Origin: Geosiphon pyriformis uo1
Taxonomy: Eukaryota > Fungi > Glomeromycota
DNA length: 64,000 bases
NCBI GenBank assembly: GCA_016748015.1
Contig: JAAOMT010000607.1
Coordinates: 310,001-374,000 of the forward strand
Direction: 5' to 3'
Part shown: piece by piece, positions 24,604-38,610 of the stretch
Layout: every line of letters starts with the position of its first letter
Position numbering within the stretch: position 1 is the stretch's first letter
Translations under genes and position numbers: made by a program
Notes under the pieces: generated by a model
What the model saw: only the letters and a program-made list of their open reading frames with translations
Told to the model about the DNA's origin: nothing
Database searches by the model: none

Positions 24604-26006
24604 TGTTACTAAAAGATTTTTATGCTTTTCAATGCAAAAATTACAATACATACCATAGAAATTAACATCAAAATCATGCAAAAAAGACCTACATTATCAC
24701 ATTTAATTAACAAAATCAGCTGGCAACCTAAAAATATATGATCAGCAATTAATTCAATTATAACAAAGAGATATAACATAATCCAACAGTTTAACTAAGT
24801 TGAATACAAAAAAATCTTGGCAAACCAAGAAACACTAATAAAAATAGATAATTAATACATGTAATCTGATAACAACAGGCTTTGTTATGCTTTAAAATTC
24901 TCATATACTCTTATTAAAACAATTCAATATTCCAAATCTGCAATCAATAATTAAAAGTAATTACTAAAAAATGTAATTAATTAATCTACTTCTGATTATG
25001 TTGATCATAATCACAATTGATATTATTGATTTACAATCAATGTTTTAGATCTAGCCATCTAAATCTGATTATCTAAATTACTAGCTCTTGAATAAATAAC
25101 AGATTGAGTAAGTTCATTATAAATTAATTAATTTAATGTATATAAATAATTAATGTATTTTAAATAGTCTTAATATAGTATATAGATCCAATATAATTTA
25201 ATTATATATACAGCTTTTCTGTCAGCTTAGAAAAGTATCAGTTCAATACTAAGCCAACTTTTTGTTATAGTTTTATAGTAAGCAGTTGGTTTTTTCTTTA
25301 CACTTTACTCTTTTTTTTTCCCTTTCTATGCTCTAAATATTTGTTATCACAATTTCAAGTATGCTTTTTAAATATTTCTTATTATTATTTAGAATTATAT
25401 TGTTTATGATCTTTTACATATTTGTTATTACTAATTCAAGTTTTTTTATTACTTCTGTTCTTCAAATTATGTGTTATTATTATTTTACATTTATGTCTTG
25501 TTTTATCAAACAAATTCTTAATCATATATAAGTAATAAAAATATCATGTTGTTAGAAAATGGTCTTAACAATAAAAAGTTTGATCAAAATCTATTTTAGT
25601 TATGTTTTATTTTCACAATTTTTTTATAATTTCTATAATTTTACTTTTAAAGCTGGGTATTTAAACATTATACCCTTTTGACAACTAATTGAAAAAATTT
25701 TGGTTATGATTTTATTAAGTATTTTTGGTTTCTCTTTGTTGTTAGTTGTGTTTTCAATATAAATAAAGAGATGTGACTTTTTTTTTTCCTTTAAAATACC
25801 TAAAACTGGTTCTTGTCCAAAAACAAATAATAATAACAATACTTTCTTTCACTTTTAATGACTTTATTATGTATCTTTTTTCACATTTCCACTTATTAAA
25901 ATAATTTATACATAATATGCTATAGTCAGTAACATAATCATAGTAATATGTGTTACCAGTTGAGCTAAAAAATGTTTTCAAATATTGACAAAAACCACTG
26001 GTAACA
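24604..26006. mobile_element. Putative LTR-like insertion (1.4 kb, TG...CA bounded), family unknown
   Basis: Starts TGTTAC exactly where the copy C integrase stops and ends GGTAACA exactly where another integrase begins. Non-coding interior. Confidence 0.45.
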
Positions 26007-27085
26007 ACATATACAAAGACATTTAACAATATATAGAATCATATAATAGTTGTCAAAAAAGAAAAAGAACTCACTTCAGAAAACTTTTAAATCTAATCAA
26101 AATTAAACAACTTTTTAATAGAATAGAAATTGATTTAGTCAGATTATTATTTATTACAAATTAAGAAAACTATTATATTGCAGTTATAGTAAATTATTTT
26201 ACCAAATAATCTGAAGCCAAAACTATTTAAAGAGCAAATACAAAATTAGTAGCAAATTTTATTTATAAAAATATTATCTGTAAACATAAATGTCTAATTG
26301 AATTTTTATTTAATTAAAAAACATATTTTGTAAATAATCTAATACAAAAAAATTTGCCAATAATTTAATGTCAAATGACTTTTATTATTATCATATTATT
26401 TTTAAACAAATAAACTTATAAAACAATTTAACTAAATTTTGTGTAAATTATTAGCCAAAGTTTTAACTAATTTTGAACAAAAATAAGATATTTTTATTTT
26501 ATTAGTATTACTAATATATAAAACATTAAAACAAAATACCATAAAGCACATATTATTTGATTTAACTTATAGAAAAACAGCAATATTACCAATTAATTTT
26601 ATTGTGAAAACATATCTAATGCAACCAATTACAAAAAAAACTTCTAATAAACACTTCAATAAAAAGCCTATACTCTTTTAAGCATACTAAAAAAAAATGA
26701 CAAATTATAGTTATCTATATTAAATACTTTTAAGCATAACAAAAAGAATAACATAATAGCAAATTGCCATTTGTTTCCAATAATTTTAAATTGAAAATAA
26801 AGTTTTTTTACACAAAATTAAAACTAAAAAACAATAGAATAGAAAATTTGATCATAAATAAAACAGACCATTTTATATTTATAAAATTCTAGACAATAAA
26901 TTATATAATTTAAGACTTGATAACAAAATTTTAACAAAAGTTGCATATGAAAATTAACTAAAACATTATTATTTTAGAATCAATCTTGAATTATTAATTC
27001 CATAAATTAATATATATATTTTTTTAATTAATCTTGAAAATATTTCCTGAAATTTAGAATTAATAGTTGTAATACAACAATAACC
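26007..27085 (+). pseudogene. pol: Integrase remnant of a related but distinct Ty3/Gypsy family, heavily decayed
   Basis: YKDI*QYIESYNSCQKR, LFNRIEIDLV, NYFTK*SEAK, and a GPF-module remnant near 26860. Confidence 0.8.
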
Positions 27086-27355
27086 AAATTTGAACATTTT
27101 AATTATTTAATTATTTTAATAATTTCTTTAAAATAAACAGAAAAACATTAAACAAAAATAGTAAAATAATTACCAAAAATGCCTAATTTCAAAATTATAT
27201 AAAAACCACTATACCAAAAATAATTGAAAATATATAAAATTTCTTTCTCTCTTACTTCCAAAAAATCCCAAAAGAGCACTTTTCTGAAAAAGAAGTTTTT
27301 TTGTTTTTTCTTGTTAGCTTATATCAATATTTCTTTATCTAACAATTCTTTTGTC

Positions 27356-29234
27356 ATGAATTTGGAAGCTGCCTCAGGTAGCAACATATCTAAGAAAAAG
27401 GTGTCCAAGAATGTTTTTTATGGTTCTGCTGGTGGTTTTTTTTCACAGAAGAAAAAGGTTGTTCTTGAAAAGATCAAACATTCTGGTGATGAAAAAAATA
27501 TCTTTTTAAGCAAGTCTGGATCTGGTAATAATATGTATTCTAATGCTGATAATCTGTCTGGAAATAATGAGAGTGTTAACATAACTGGCATTAAAAATGA
27601 CTCTCTGTTGGGCTCAGCTGCCAATATTCTTAAAGCAAAGCAAGTTAACACTGATACTGTTTTTGGCTCTCCACTCAGTTTTTCCAATTTTGTTATGGAT
27701 GATAATGAAGAAATCTCTCTTCTTCATCATCTTCCAATCTCTTTAGATAAAAAATGGATTGACCCAAAAATTATTAAGACTTAAATAGAAGTTGCTGTTA
27801 GGAAGTTATTTGCTTTGAACATTAATTTTTTGGCAGTAAAAGGCAAATCAGCAATGGTAAAAACTCAGGCAATCAGAAATTTATTTTCAGTAGTCAATAG
27901 TTTTGGGAGGGCCACTACTCCCTCAAAATTTGAAAAGATCATCTGATCTACATTTACCTCAAAAAAAAGCATAGAAAAAGCCATATTATTGGCCAGAGAA
28001 AAAGAGATCAATGTAAACAGCGATTTCAAAAAACAAAGAATGAGATCAGACTGTGGTAATTAAAAAAATTTCCATGAACACACTTAAGAATATGATTGTC
28101 ATTACAGTATTCAAATTTGGAAAGATTAAGTTAATCAAAATTCAATTGATTGGGATGTGGCAGAAAGCTGTGATTAAGTTTGCCAAATTAGATTAAGCTG
28201 ATTAATTGGCCTCAAGATGATCATTTTTAATTGGAAAAAATTCTGTGCATGTAGCCAAGGCTGTAAAAAATCGTGGGATTTGGGTGTCTAGAAATCAATT
28301 CAAAGCACTTCTGTTTATCTTGTCAGTAAGAACAACTGCACATAATCTTGGGACTCTTTTGGAAAAGACTGGTGAAAAAACTTGCATCATTAATAGGTCT
28401 ATAAAAACTGGTAATAAAGTTTACTGTGCTGTGGTTAGTTTTAACTCTGATAAGGATTTGGAATCTGCCTTTTGCATAGAGCCAATCTTCAATGGAGTAA
28501 AGCTCTCTTGGACTAGAATAGATTTGGTTTATTGTGAGAAGTGTGGGCATTTTGGACATTCAGCTCTCAAATGTAATGCATTAAATGTAACTATACTGCT
28601 GCCATCAAAAAAATCCTTTAAAAAAGTTGCTTTTAAAGAAGTTTGCTTTTAGCTTGCCAAGTTGTATGAGAAAAAAAGTGTTCTAATCTCTTGCTCTGCT
28701 GCTTTTGGTGACAAATTTTGGGCCCAAGTGGTCTTACTTGCTAGTTTATCTGGTGGTTTTTGCTTTAGTTTTGGTCTTGGTTCCTCTTCTTCTTTTGTCT
28801 CAAGCTTGAGCAGTACTCTTCCTTCTATTTCTGCTGATTACTCTTTTCTAAGTGCTTATTTGGCCGTCTTGAAACACTCCTTAAAACTTTTAACAGATCA
28901 GGTTTTTGGTATTGTGCACAAGCTTAGCAATTTGGAATTAATGCCTTAGATTCCTTTTTTTTCCCCTTTAGTTTTAACTACCCCAATAGCTGCCAATTTG
29001 GATTTGGGTTCAACAATAATTTTGAATAGCCCTGAGCTGATATCTTTACTTCTTTCTTCTATCACTTCTAATGTCTCAGTTCTGGATCCAAGTAATTCAA
29101 AAGTGCTGACTACTAAAGTGGGCTTTTTAGAATTTAAGTTGATGGCTCTTAATGCCTTTGTTGGTTCAATGTTGGTGAAGTTAGATCAATTGTGTGCTGG
29201 TTTGGGTTTTTAAATGTCTTCTTTTTCCCAATAA
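27356..29234 (+). pseudogene. LINE-b ORF1
   Basis: MNLEAASGS start, CEKCGHFGHSALKC knuckle, and SKVLTTKVG..KLDQLCAGLG C-terminus matching LINE-a. Confidence 0.85.
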
Positions 29235-32200
29235 GTAATTTGATCTAGAAGATTGCTACATGCAATGTTTGTAGTATTAATGTACTGGCTAAGCAAGAAG
29301 ATATTGTGTGTTGGCACATGAACTCTGGTAATATGATTTCGATAATCACTAAAATGAAATTGAAGTCTAGTATTAGACCTTGGATTATAAACAAATTTAA
29401 TAATATACAGGTTTTTACATTTGGTTTGGATAAAAGTTTTCTTGGTGCTGGTATGGTGATTATCATAAACAATTTCTTGGCTTGACATGTCTCTAAAATT
29501 GAAAAAGTGCCTGGTTGTATTATTTCAGTTTGGTTTCTGTTCAGGGACAAGCTTTTGGTTACAGGCTTGTATGCTGATGTTTCTGCTAAGATTAGATTTG
29601 GTCAAGCAGTTGAGATTAACTTTTTTATTGTAAGAGTGGTTAATACCAGTACTTTTGTGGTCTTGGGTGGAGATTTTAATGAAAATGAGTCTAAGAAAAA
29701 TGTGAGCTTTCATTTCTGTTTGGATCTGGATTTGGTTAATTCACTTGGAGATCATTATTTGGCCAAAGCTTTTACATAGAGCAATTTAAGAAGGGCCAAA
29801 AAAGTTATTGACTACATTTTTTTCAGTAAGTGTTTATCATCAGCAATTGCTAATTATGGGATTGCTTCTGCTTTTGATTTCTTTAATACTGATTACAAGG
29901 TGGTCATGGTGTCAGTTGATTTAAGTGAACTTTTGGATTTTTATTTGAATTGTTTATGCAAACAAGCTAATAGTGATTATTAGAAGTTCAAGATTGCTGG
30001 TACAGATGCCCCCAAATGGGCTTATTTTAAAAAGTGTGTCTCTGCCAAGTTTTTTTCTGTATTCAGTAAGTTTTTATTTGTAAATATTGGTGAAAATCTT
30101 GATACTATGTGGAATTTGTTGGAGAAGATAATAGTGAATTTGGCTGATGATGTTTTTTCTAGACTTTGGTTTTGTGATATTAACTGTTCTTTTAACAAAC
30201 AATCTTCTAAGTTTTTCAAGCTGGAACTGCTGGTTGCCAAAGTGGTTAAGTCTTTTTAATCTGGTGATTTCTCTAAGACTGACTTATTACTTAGTGCTTG
30301 GTTAATTGCTAATAGAGTTAAGGCTTTGGAAATTCAGAATATGTTGAATAATAGCTCCAGCAGTGTATATGTTTTTAGTTGCTTGTTTAAGGTTTAAAAG
30401 AGTTATTATTGTTCTAAGATGCATAAATTTAAAACTGCTCAGTCTGCTGCTATTAGGTGTGTTATTGATAAAAGGATAGAAAATTTTTGTTCAAACAAAG
30501 ATCGAATGATCAAGAGTATATTAGATAAGCCATTTTGTAAAGTGGTTTTTGATTATTTAGTTGTTAATAGTGAACTGGTTTTGGATCCTAATAATGTTAA
30601 AACTAAGCTTAATACTATAATAGAAGAGTGGACCAAAAAGCATTCATTTTCTGGGTTTTTGTCTGATCTTTGGGCCTATCAATATGCTTCTTTATAGCAT
30701 GTAGATAACAATGCTTTTTTGGTATTATCATTGTTGTCAGTTTTAATGAGTTGGTTCAAGTTGTCAAACACCTACTAGATGGGAAAGCTGCTGGTTTTAG
30801 TAGTATTCTTAATGAATTGTGAAAACATTGTGATGATAATATTCTTAGAAGTTTTCTAGACTTTTTGAATTTGTATTTAAAGTTAAATGTTGTTCCATTT
30901 TTGTGAAAAAGAGCATGGGTTTTAATGATACTAAAACCTTATAAATAAGATGGCATCTTAACAAATACTCGTCCTATTGCACTAGTTGAGACTGTTTGTA
31001 AGATTCTTTCTAAAATTCTTTCAGATTGAAACTCTTTTGTCTGCAGTAAATTTGGCATTTTCCATGGAGATAATTTCTCAGTCTTGAAGAGTATCTCAAC
31101 ACAGTTTCCTATTTTTGCAGTTGGTTCAGTGGTTGAAAATGCTTTAGAAAAGAGCAAAGAGATTTGGTTGGTTTTGCAGAATATGTTGTTACCAGATGAA
31201 ATTAAAGATATTGTTTAGCATGAAATTACTCTTATAAATCTTATTATTAATTAGCATATATTATCATTTCAAATTATACAAATGTAATCTAAGTGCGATA
31301 ATCAATTATGCAATATTCCAAAATATGTAATATTCAAAAGTTTGCCAAAATTTGTAGAAATTTGCCAAAATAATTGATAGTTCACCGAAATATCTAATAG
31401 TTTGCAGAAATAACTTGTAATTTGCCAAAATATATCTGTAGTTCAGTAAAATTGTAGAAAAGAGCAAAGTTTAAGTTCATAGAATAGTGTTACAACAAGT
31501 TGTATAAAAGAAGAGCTTTTCTCTTCAAGAAAATGTATCTTACTTTAGATTTATCACTTAAAATCATTACTACACACACACAAAAAGAAATAAATATCAA
31601 ATAAATTGAAAAACCAAATTCTTTAATTATTGCACTTGAAAAATCTCCAAAATCCAACTAATGTTTTGAAATTGATTAACTACCAATTTCAGTAAACTGT
31701 TAGTGACTCCAGGTCTGGATAGAAAACGTTTCCCTTGACAGAATTCTATTTCTTTTACATTTTCTTTATTTTCTTTCTTTTATTTTATTATTATAATCAT
31801 TAGGATAGCCTACAGACAAGATTTCTGTAGAAGAGTTGACTTTCATAGCAAAGTAACTACACATTTTTAGTGAGCTTCCAAACAAGCAATTCCTGGGAAA
31901 AAGTTGACGTTTATTACAACGTAACTACACAAAGTAACTGGCAAGGAATTGGCCATTCTACTTATAAGCCCAGCAGTTCAAATTATAGGAGATAATTTGA
32001 AGATAAATTCAGTTATCAGAGGTTCAAACACTTCCCATAGTTGTGAATTAACAGCATTACAACAAACATACAAGAGCTAAGAAAAGACCAAAAACCTTCA
32101 GTAATAATGTGTAAGATATATGATTCAGTTGGGTGATATTACTTAAAAGCTAATTTGTGGTATATTAAAATATGCAAGAGATTCATTGAATTTTTTGGTA

Positions 32201-34826
32201 AGATTCATGAAAATAAGTTGAACAGGATCATAACAGATTTTGGTCTTTTAGATAGGTATTATGTTTTTAATAGTCTTGATTAGAGTAAAATGTTTTCTTT
32301 TCTTCTTTGGCAAATTTTTTATGACCCCTTTTTGTGCAAAGTCAAAAGATAGAAAAGTATATATGATTACCAGTTTGATACCAAGTTTGTGGCCAAGACA
32401 AGAAGAATTGATAACATGAGTGAAGTGAACTTTTTTTTCACAGCTGGAGCTTTTGTAGATGATACTATCTGGATTGGAAATAGCCAATCTGCTACACAAT
32501 TTATATTAGACATTGCCAGTAAATTCTTCTCAATTAATGACATTTCAATTAATAATAACAAAACAGTTGTCATTTTTATTAATAAGAAGATTAAAGATGC
32601 TGCTCTTAGGATTAATTGGTCCCCTATTTTGATTGCCAAGTGTAGTGTACCTCACAGATACTTGGGTATCTTCTTGTCTACAGATGATCTATCCAAATCC
32701 AGTTTGGCTAAGGCTTAGTCTAATGTTAAGTTTTTTTTCAATATAATATTAAAAAAAGCAATTTCAGATAAGCAGTTCTTGTATTTGGTCTCAGTAATTC
32801 TGCAGCCCATTGTTGGCTACTGTATTCAGTTTAGTTTTATCTCTTCTGCTGTCTGCCAATGTTGGAATGCTTTGGTTAAAAATGGTTTTAAATTAAAAAC
32901 TGGGCTGTCATGTGATTTTCCAAGCAAAGTGCTGTATTATTCTGTGTTGTATAGTCTGAAAACATTCAAGCAGATTCAAACTAAAGAGAAGTTGGCATTA
33001 GTTGTTGTTTTTGCTAATGTTTTTGGGATTTTTGATCAGCTTTTTAAGCACAGATTTCTGGATTTACAGGTTTTGGGCTGGACTTCTCTGAATTCTTTAC
33101 AATATTCTGTGCAGTTGTGTGTTAGTTCTTCAAACAATTTTTTGGCTAAGATTGTGTGGGTTTTTTTAGACAATGATATTTTTATGGCAAATAATCTGTT
33201 TTGTGCTTTTCGTTGTTCTGACAGGTTTTCTGTTTCAAAAGTCTTAAGGCCATTATTGTATTATGATTATATTAGTTTATTAAAAAGTTTTGGTGTAGCT
33301 TTTTATAACAGACTTCTAGAGAAACATGGTAGAGTTTTGAATTAAAAAACATTTTAATGTTGAAAAAGATTGGATCTTAAAGAACCTGTGCCCTCTTGGT
33401 TTGTTTTAATGTCAAAATTTTTGCATGATAATGTGTTTACATTAACATCTCTTGACAGAAATTATATGTTAGATATTGATAATATTTTGTTGTCTGATCA
33501 GTTTTCTGATATTAAGAGTGACTTGCTTGATATCTGGTTAAATATTTTTACTATATATATGGATGGTTTTTTAAAAAGACTTGGTTCTGTTAATGTGGCT
33601 GGGAGTGCTGCTGTATTTTTTTCTGATATTAATTTGGGCATTGAAGTTCGGGTTGTTGGGTGTTTGTCTTCTACAATAACTGAATTACAGGCTATCACTT
33701 TGGCTCTGAAATGCATGCTCTCTTCTTGTTTGGTGGTTGTGTGTTTAGACAGTCAAGCTGCTTTGGATGCATGTGTCTCAGAATTGAAGTTGCTTGGTCC
33801 TGATTTTCATAATTGTTGTTGAATAAAGAAAAGACATATTGTAAATTTGATTGTTAATAAGGACATTTTTGTGGTTTGGTCAAAGGTTAAAGACCACTTA
33901 GAAGTTCCAGGTAATATTTATGCAGATGCTTTAATGAAAGAAGCTGCTCACTTTTCTTTGCTATTGCCAACTAATACATATAAATGCTTTATTATGGCTA
34001 ATAGTCTGCCAGTTTCTGGTAATGTTTGTTATTTTGTTTGGAATATTTTTAGGTCAGTAAATTAGGTGTGTTGTGAAATTGGTCCTAACTCTAGAGTTTT
34101 AGGTGGTTTTTTAGTTCATAATATTGATTGGGCCCATACTGTAGCTGTTTGGCATCCTGATTTGCACATGTTATCAGAGTCTATGAGCAAAGCTTCTGCC
34201 AGTTTACACACTTATTTTATAAAGACTGTTTATAGAAGACTGTCTATTGTTGTTAGGAAGAGACTTTATGACAAATATTATTCTGGTGTTTTATGTTTGC
34301 ATTGTGATAAGATTAAGTTTTCTGATTATGTGTTCATGTGTTATAAAGAGTTTGTCTTTCACAAGGCAATTTTATTTGAGCATATTTTATGTTGGAAGTC
34401 TCTGACTGGTTCTTATTTTTTTGCTCCTTCTGTGATTGTGGAATCTCTTCTTTTATGTTTATCTGATATCAGTCTGTATGCTCTTCTCTGCAAGAGCTTT
34501 GTGCTTGTGAAGTGGTTTGAAGAGACAGTGCAAATTTTCAATGATCATAAAGAAGCAACTCAGATCTTGGTTAATTTTGTGCATGGCTTGAGTGTTCTAT
34601 ACTATTCTGAGTTATGAAGATTTAGATCTAAGTTTAGGGTAAATATAGAGATAAATAATTTAGAAGTGATATCTGTAGTATCTGTTGGCTCATTGCCAGT
34701 TCTATCAGATAATGTGGCTAAATTAATTGGTATTAATAATTTGTTTAAAATTAGTTTTGGTTTTCACAAATCTTGCTTGTTTTTTTTGGCTTAGGTGATA
34801 AAGCTACTGTTTATATAAGAGCTTAG
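29231..34826 (+). pseudogene. LINE-b ORF2 (APE-RT-RNase H), split by the solo LTR at 31187-32106
   Basis: IATCNV, LGGDFNE, RPIALVE, GAFVDD, HRYLGIFL, IYMDGF, DSQAAL, CLHCDK. Confidence 0.9.
31187..32106 (+). mobile_element. Solo LTR, family 2 (920 bp), inserted in the LINE-b RT
   Basis: TGTTACCAG...CAGTAATA termini. 4-bp TSD ATGT at 31183-31186 and 32107-32110. Removal restores QNMCKIYDSVG. Second copy inverted at 50066-51074. Strand is relative only. Confidence 0.9.
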
Positions 34827-35127
34827 TATTGCTTTGATTAGTCTGAATGACTGGTTACATATGGTAAATACATGAATTGCATCTAGCTGGAGTTCATAGT
34901 TTTGATTTTGTATACTAAATAATAATTAGACTACACTTATAAAATGTTAATAATAATAAAAAAATTTCTTTTTTTATTCTTTCATTTTTACTAAATTTAT
35001 ATTTTTTTTTTAAATTTATAATACTTATTTTCTGAAACATTCAATAAATATCTTAAAAATTAATGTTAGCTTTGAAAACACTTTCTAATTTATTTATAAT
35101 AATTAATAAAAGTCAAATTAATTACAT

Positions 35128-36002
35128 TATTACTCATAAAAATTACAAGTATTATATAGTTAAAAAAATAGCCAATCAGAAGTAAGCATAGTAAGAGAAG
35201 AATTCCAGGATTTTTCTAAAGGAATTGCAGGATTCCTGAATCTCAGAATTCCAGAATTCTTTGTAAAGAATTACAGAATTACAGAATCCCAGAATTCTAG
35301 AATTCTAGGAATCTTATATAACACAAACTATATATATATAGCAGTAATATTAAAAGTGAGAAAAGTATTTAATTTTATTAAAATTCAGTTTAAATTCTTA
35401 ATATTTCCTTTTTTATCTATTAATTAACTTCACTTCATAGATAATTATTGTCAACTGAAGTGAATTCATTACAATATTCAATAAAACCTACTTATTATTA
35501 TTCAATTTATGTTATTATTGTTTGAATAAGAAAGATTCATTACTTCCACTTTATTAACATTCTATGTTGATAAAATCTAATACTTAATTATACTGAACTA
35601 ATAGTTCTTAATTATAGCTATTGACAAGATACTAATTTTTTCTTTTATTTTATTTTCTTTTATTTTTTTCTTTTATTTTATTTTCTTTTATTTTTTTCTT
35701 TTATTTTATTTTGTTGTTTTGTTGATTTACTAACTAATTAAAAAAATTAAGCATTAAATAATTTGACATTAAGAATAGTCTGCTAAAAAACTCAGAAATA
35801 AGAGTAGAAAACTTGAAAATTAAGGATAGCTTATCAGAAAGGCATAACTGCCAGAATAAACTGGCCACCATGCTGAAAAAAAAATTTAATAGAATAGTCA
35901 TTTCAGGAGGCTACTGAACAATTATTGAATCTCTGTTTATTATACAAAAGACTTTACTAAAATCTTCAGATCATAAACATCTTCAGATATTACTAATACC
36001 AT
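35128..36002 (+). repeat. Truncated LTR of the main gypsy family, directly followed by the 5' LTR of copy D
   Basis: TATTACTCATA start, CCAAT box, GAATTC array at 35197-35312, TATA and TTTTA tract. Lacks the final ~65 bp. Confidence 0.85.
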
Positions 36003-36816
36003 TGTTACTTATAAAATATAGAAATTATATTAACATATAAATTAGCCAATTAGAAGTAGACATAATAAATAAGAAATTGCAGAATTTTAGAATTACAGGA
36101 TTCTCATATAAAAAATTGCAAGATTCCAGAATTTCAAGATTCTTCTTAAGGAATTGCAGGATTTCAAAAATTTCAGAATTCCTGTTATAAAGAATTGAAA
36201 AATTGAGAAATCTCAATTATGTATATATAATGGTAGCATTAAAAACAGAAAAAACAAACATCTGAGTTCTACTTTCTAGTTAGCATCTATATTTTCATAC
36301 TATTAATAAATATACTTATTAATTATATTAATCCAATTGTTTACTATCAACACTTCATGTTGATAGTAACCTATACTTAATCACACTGGACAATAGTTCT
36401 TGATTATGGCTATTAACAGAATACTAACATCAATTGTTTTGACTTCAATTTTTTTATTTTATTTTTTTTATTTTATTTTCTGTTTATTGTTGTATACTAA
36501 TTGATTGAGAATTAAGTACTGAATTACTGACATTAGAGATTGCCTGGTAAAAGACCCCAAGCAAAAGGATAAAATACTTGAAATTAAGAATTACTTACCA
36601 AAAGATTGTTAGCCACCAAGCTGAAAAAAGAAATAATAAAATTGCGATTCTGGAAGACTATTGAAGACAAATATTGAATCTCTGTTTATTATACAAAAAA
36701 CTTAACCAAACTCTTCAGATACCAAAACTTTCAAATATCACTAATCATATCCACTATTAAATACCAAGTTATGAGTTTGTTATTTGATTTGAGACCCCAA
36801 ATAATCAACTGTAACA
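36003..36816 (+). repeat. 5' LTR of copy D
   Basis: TGTTACTTATA...CTGTAACA. CCAAT at 36046, repeat array 36072-36185, TATA at ~36222. Confidence 0.93.
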
Positions 36817-36818
36817 TT

Positions 36819-36836
36819 TGGTGCTTTCTGTAAAGT
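36819..36836 (+). promoter_or_regulatory. Primer binding site of copy D
   Basis: TGGTGCTTTCTGTAAAGT, 2 nt after the LTR CA. Confidence 0.8.
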
Positions 36837-36878
36837 ATAATTCTACAGAGAACCAGCACCAACAACAATCAGTTCAAA

Positions 36879-38610
36879 GTGGCAGAATCAGAAAAAAAGG
36901 GAACAAACCATTTAGGATTTGCCAAATTCTTATTTCAATACTACTGTTAACACTTAAAATTAACCAACAACCAACTATTAGCAGAATTTGTCTTTAATTT
37001 TTACATTAACAAAAGAATTAAATATTTCTTAGAAAAACCAGTAAATATTAAATTAGCAAGAGAAAATTTTTACAGCAAATTAATTCAATATATCAGCTTA
37101 CCAGTAAATTACAACTTTGCTCCAATCATCACTGAAATTAACAGAAAAATTGAAAATCACATCCAGCAAACATTTTCTATCACCTATACAGAAAAAGACA
37201 AAGAGAAACTACAAATACCAGCAAAAACCCCAAAGCAAATACAATTGCCTACTTAGAAGAAATAGAGAGTTAATTCACCAGCTAATCCATCCTACTATCA
37301 CACATCTAAAAGTATTATCAATATATTATTAACAAGTATGTCCACAGCAAACATGATAATTCTATTAAACAGACTACTATTTCAAAGTAAACAGAAGAAA
37401 GCAGAGTTATTAGGAACCTATGGCAATTATTTTAAGGAATTTAAATTGCAATTTCCAACACTATCAGAATTTTGATTACTGCCACCTCAACCAAATTTTG
37501 AAACCACTAGTTTTTGGGAAGTAATAGAATCAAAAAAAGAAGAAAATAACAATCAAAAATTTAATTATCCAAATTCAATCTTAGAAAACCTGGAAATTCA
37601 AACTTTAATTGTTCCAATCCAGCAAAATTAGATCAATTCGAATTCCACCATTATTAATTAACAAAACTTATCTCCAATAATTGTGATCAATTCACTACTA
37701 AGTGCACCAATTACTAAATAGCAGTAACAACAGCCACAATTATCACTCCAACAGCAACTTCAACAGCAATTTTAATAGTAGCTTCAACCAAACCCACTAC
37801 AACAATTTATAATCACTCCAATAACATTTGTTCCAATCATAAAACTTGAAAAATTCACTAGCAAAGAGGATAACATGCAAGTATGACTCAACAATGTGAA
37901 AAAAGCTATTACTGCCAATAGATGGGATGACACCAGAACACTGCAAGCCATCCCATACTTTCTTCAGAATACTGTTAACTTGTGGTATCAAAGCTTGGTA
38001 AATAAATCCCAAGATTTCAACACATTTAAACTTAAGTTCCTAAGATATTTTAACAACAATAATAGCATCAATCATCTAGCCAATACTTTCACAACTATCA
38101 AACAAGAAGAAACTGAAACAGTTACCACTTACCTAGAATGCTTCCATAGAAACCTGTACCAAATACAAGCAATTGATGCAAATTACTTTACTGTGCCACA
38201 GATTTTGAATTAATTTATTCATGGCCTGCACAGTAGTCTCCTACAATAAGTAGATTTAATGCATTCACAAACACTTCAGAATGTTATCACCCATATTTAA
38301 GATTTCAAATCAGCCAAGTTAAAAGTTAATCATGCTCAAGCTGTTAACCTAGTGATAAATGAATCATCTAAATTGAATTCTAAGTTAAAACAATTTAGTA
38401 ATTCTATCAACCAAAAATTAGAAAAATATTTAGCTAACAATTAGGCAATTTATTAGTCACCACAACATCACAATTCAGAAAATATTAATTGATTCTAGTA
38501 GCAACCACCCTTATCATTATTATCATTTTCAGTGAACCAATTGTGGCAATCAGAGACATGTGTCTGCTACAATTGTAAAAAACAAGGCCATTTGAGAATA
38601 AATTGCCACA
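36879..38610 (+). pseudogene. gag: gag of copy D
   Basis: KLEKFTSKEDN, AITANRWDDTRTLQAIPYFLQ, and CYNCKKQGHLRINC knuckle at ~38565-38606. Confidence 0.85.

Larger units (their letters stand above)
27247..34960 (+). mobile_element. Full-length LINE-b (same clade as LINE-a, more decayed), interrupted by a solo LTR
   Basis: Candidate TSD AAAATTTCTTT at 27236-27246 and 34961-34971 (edges ambiguous). (TAA)n-A tail. ORF1 and ORF2 are collinear with LINE-a. Confidence 0.92.
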
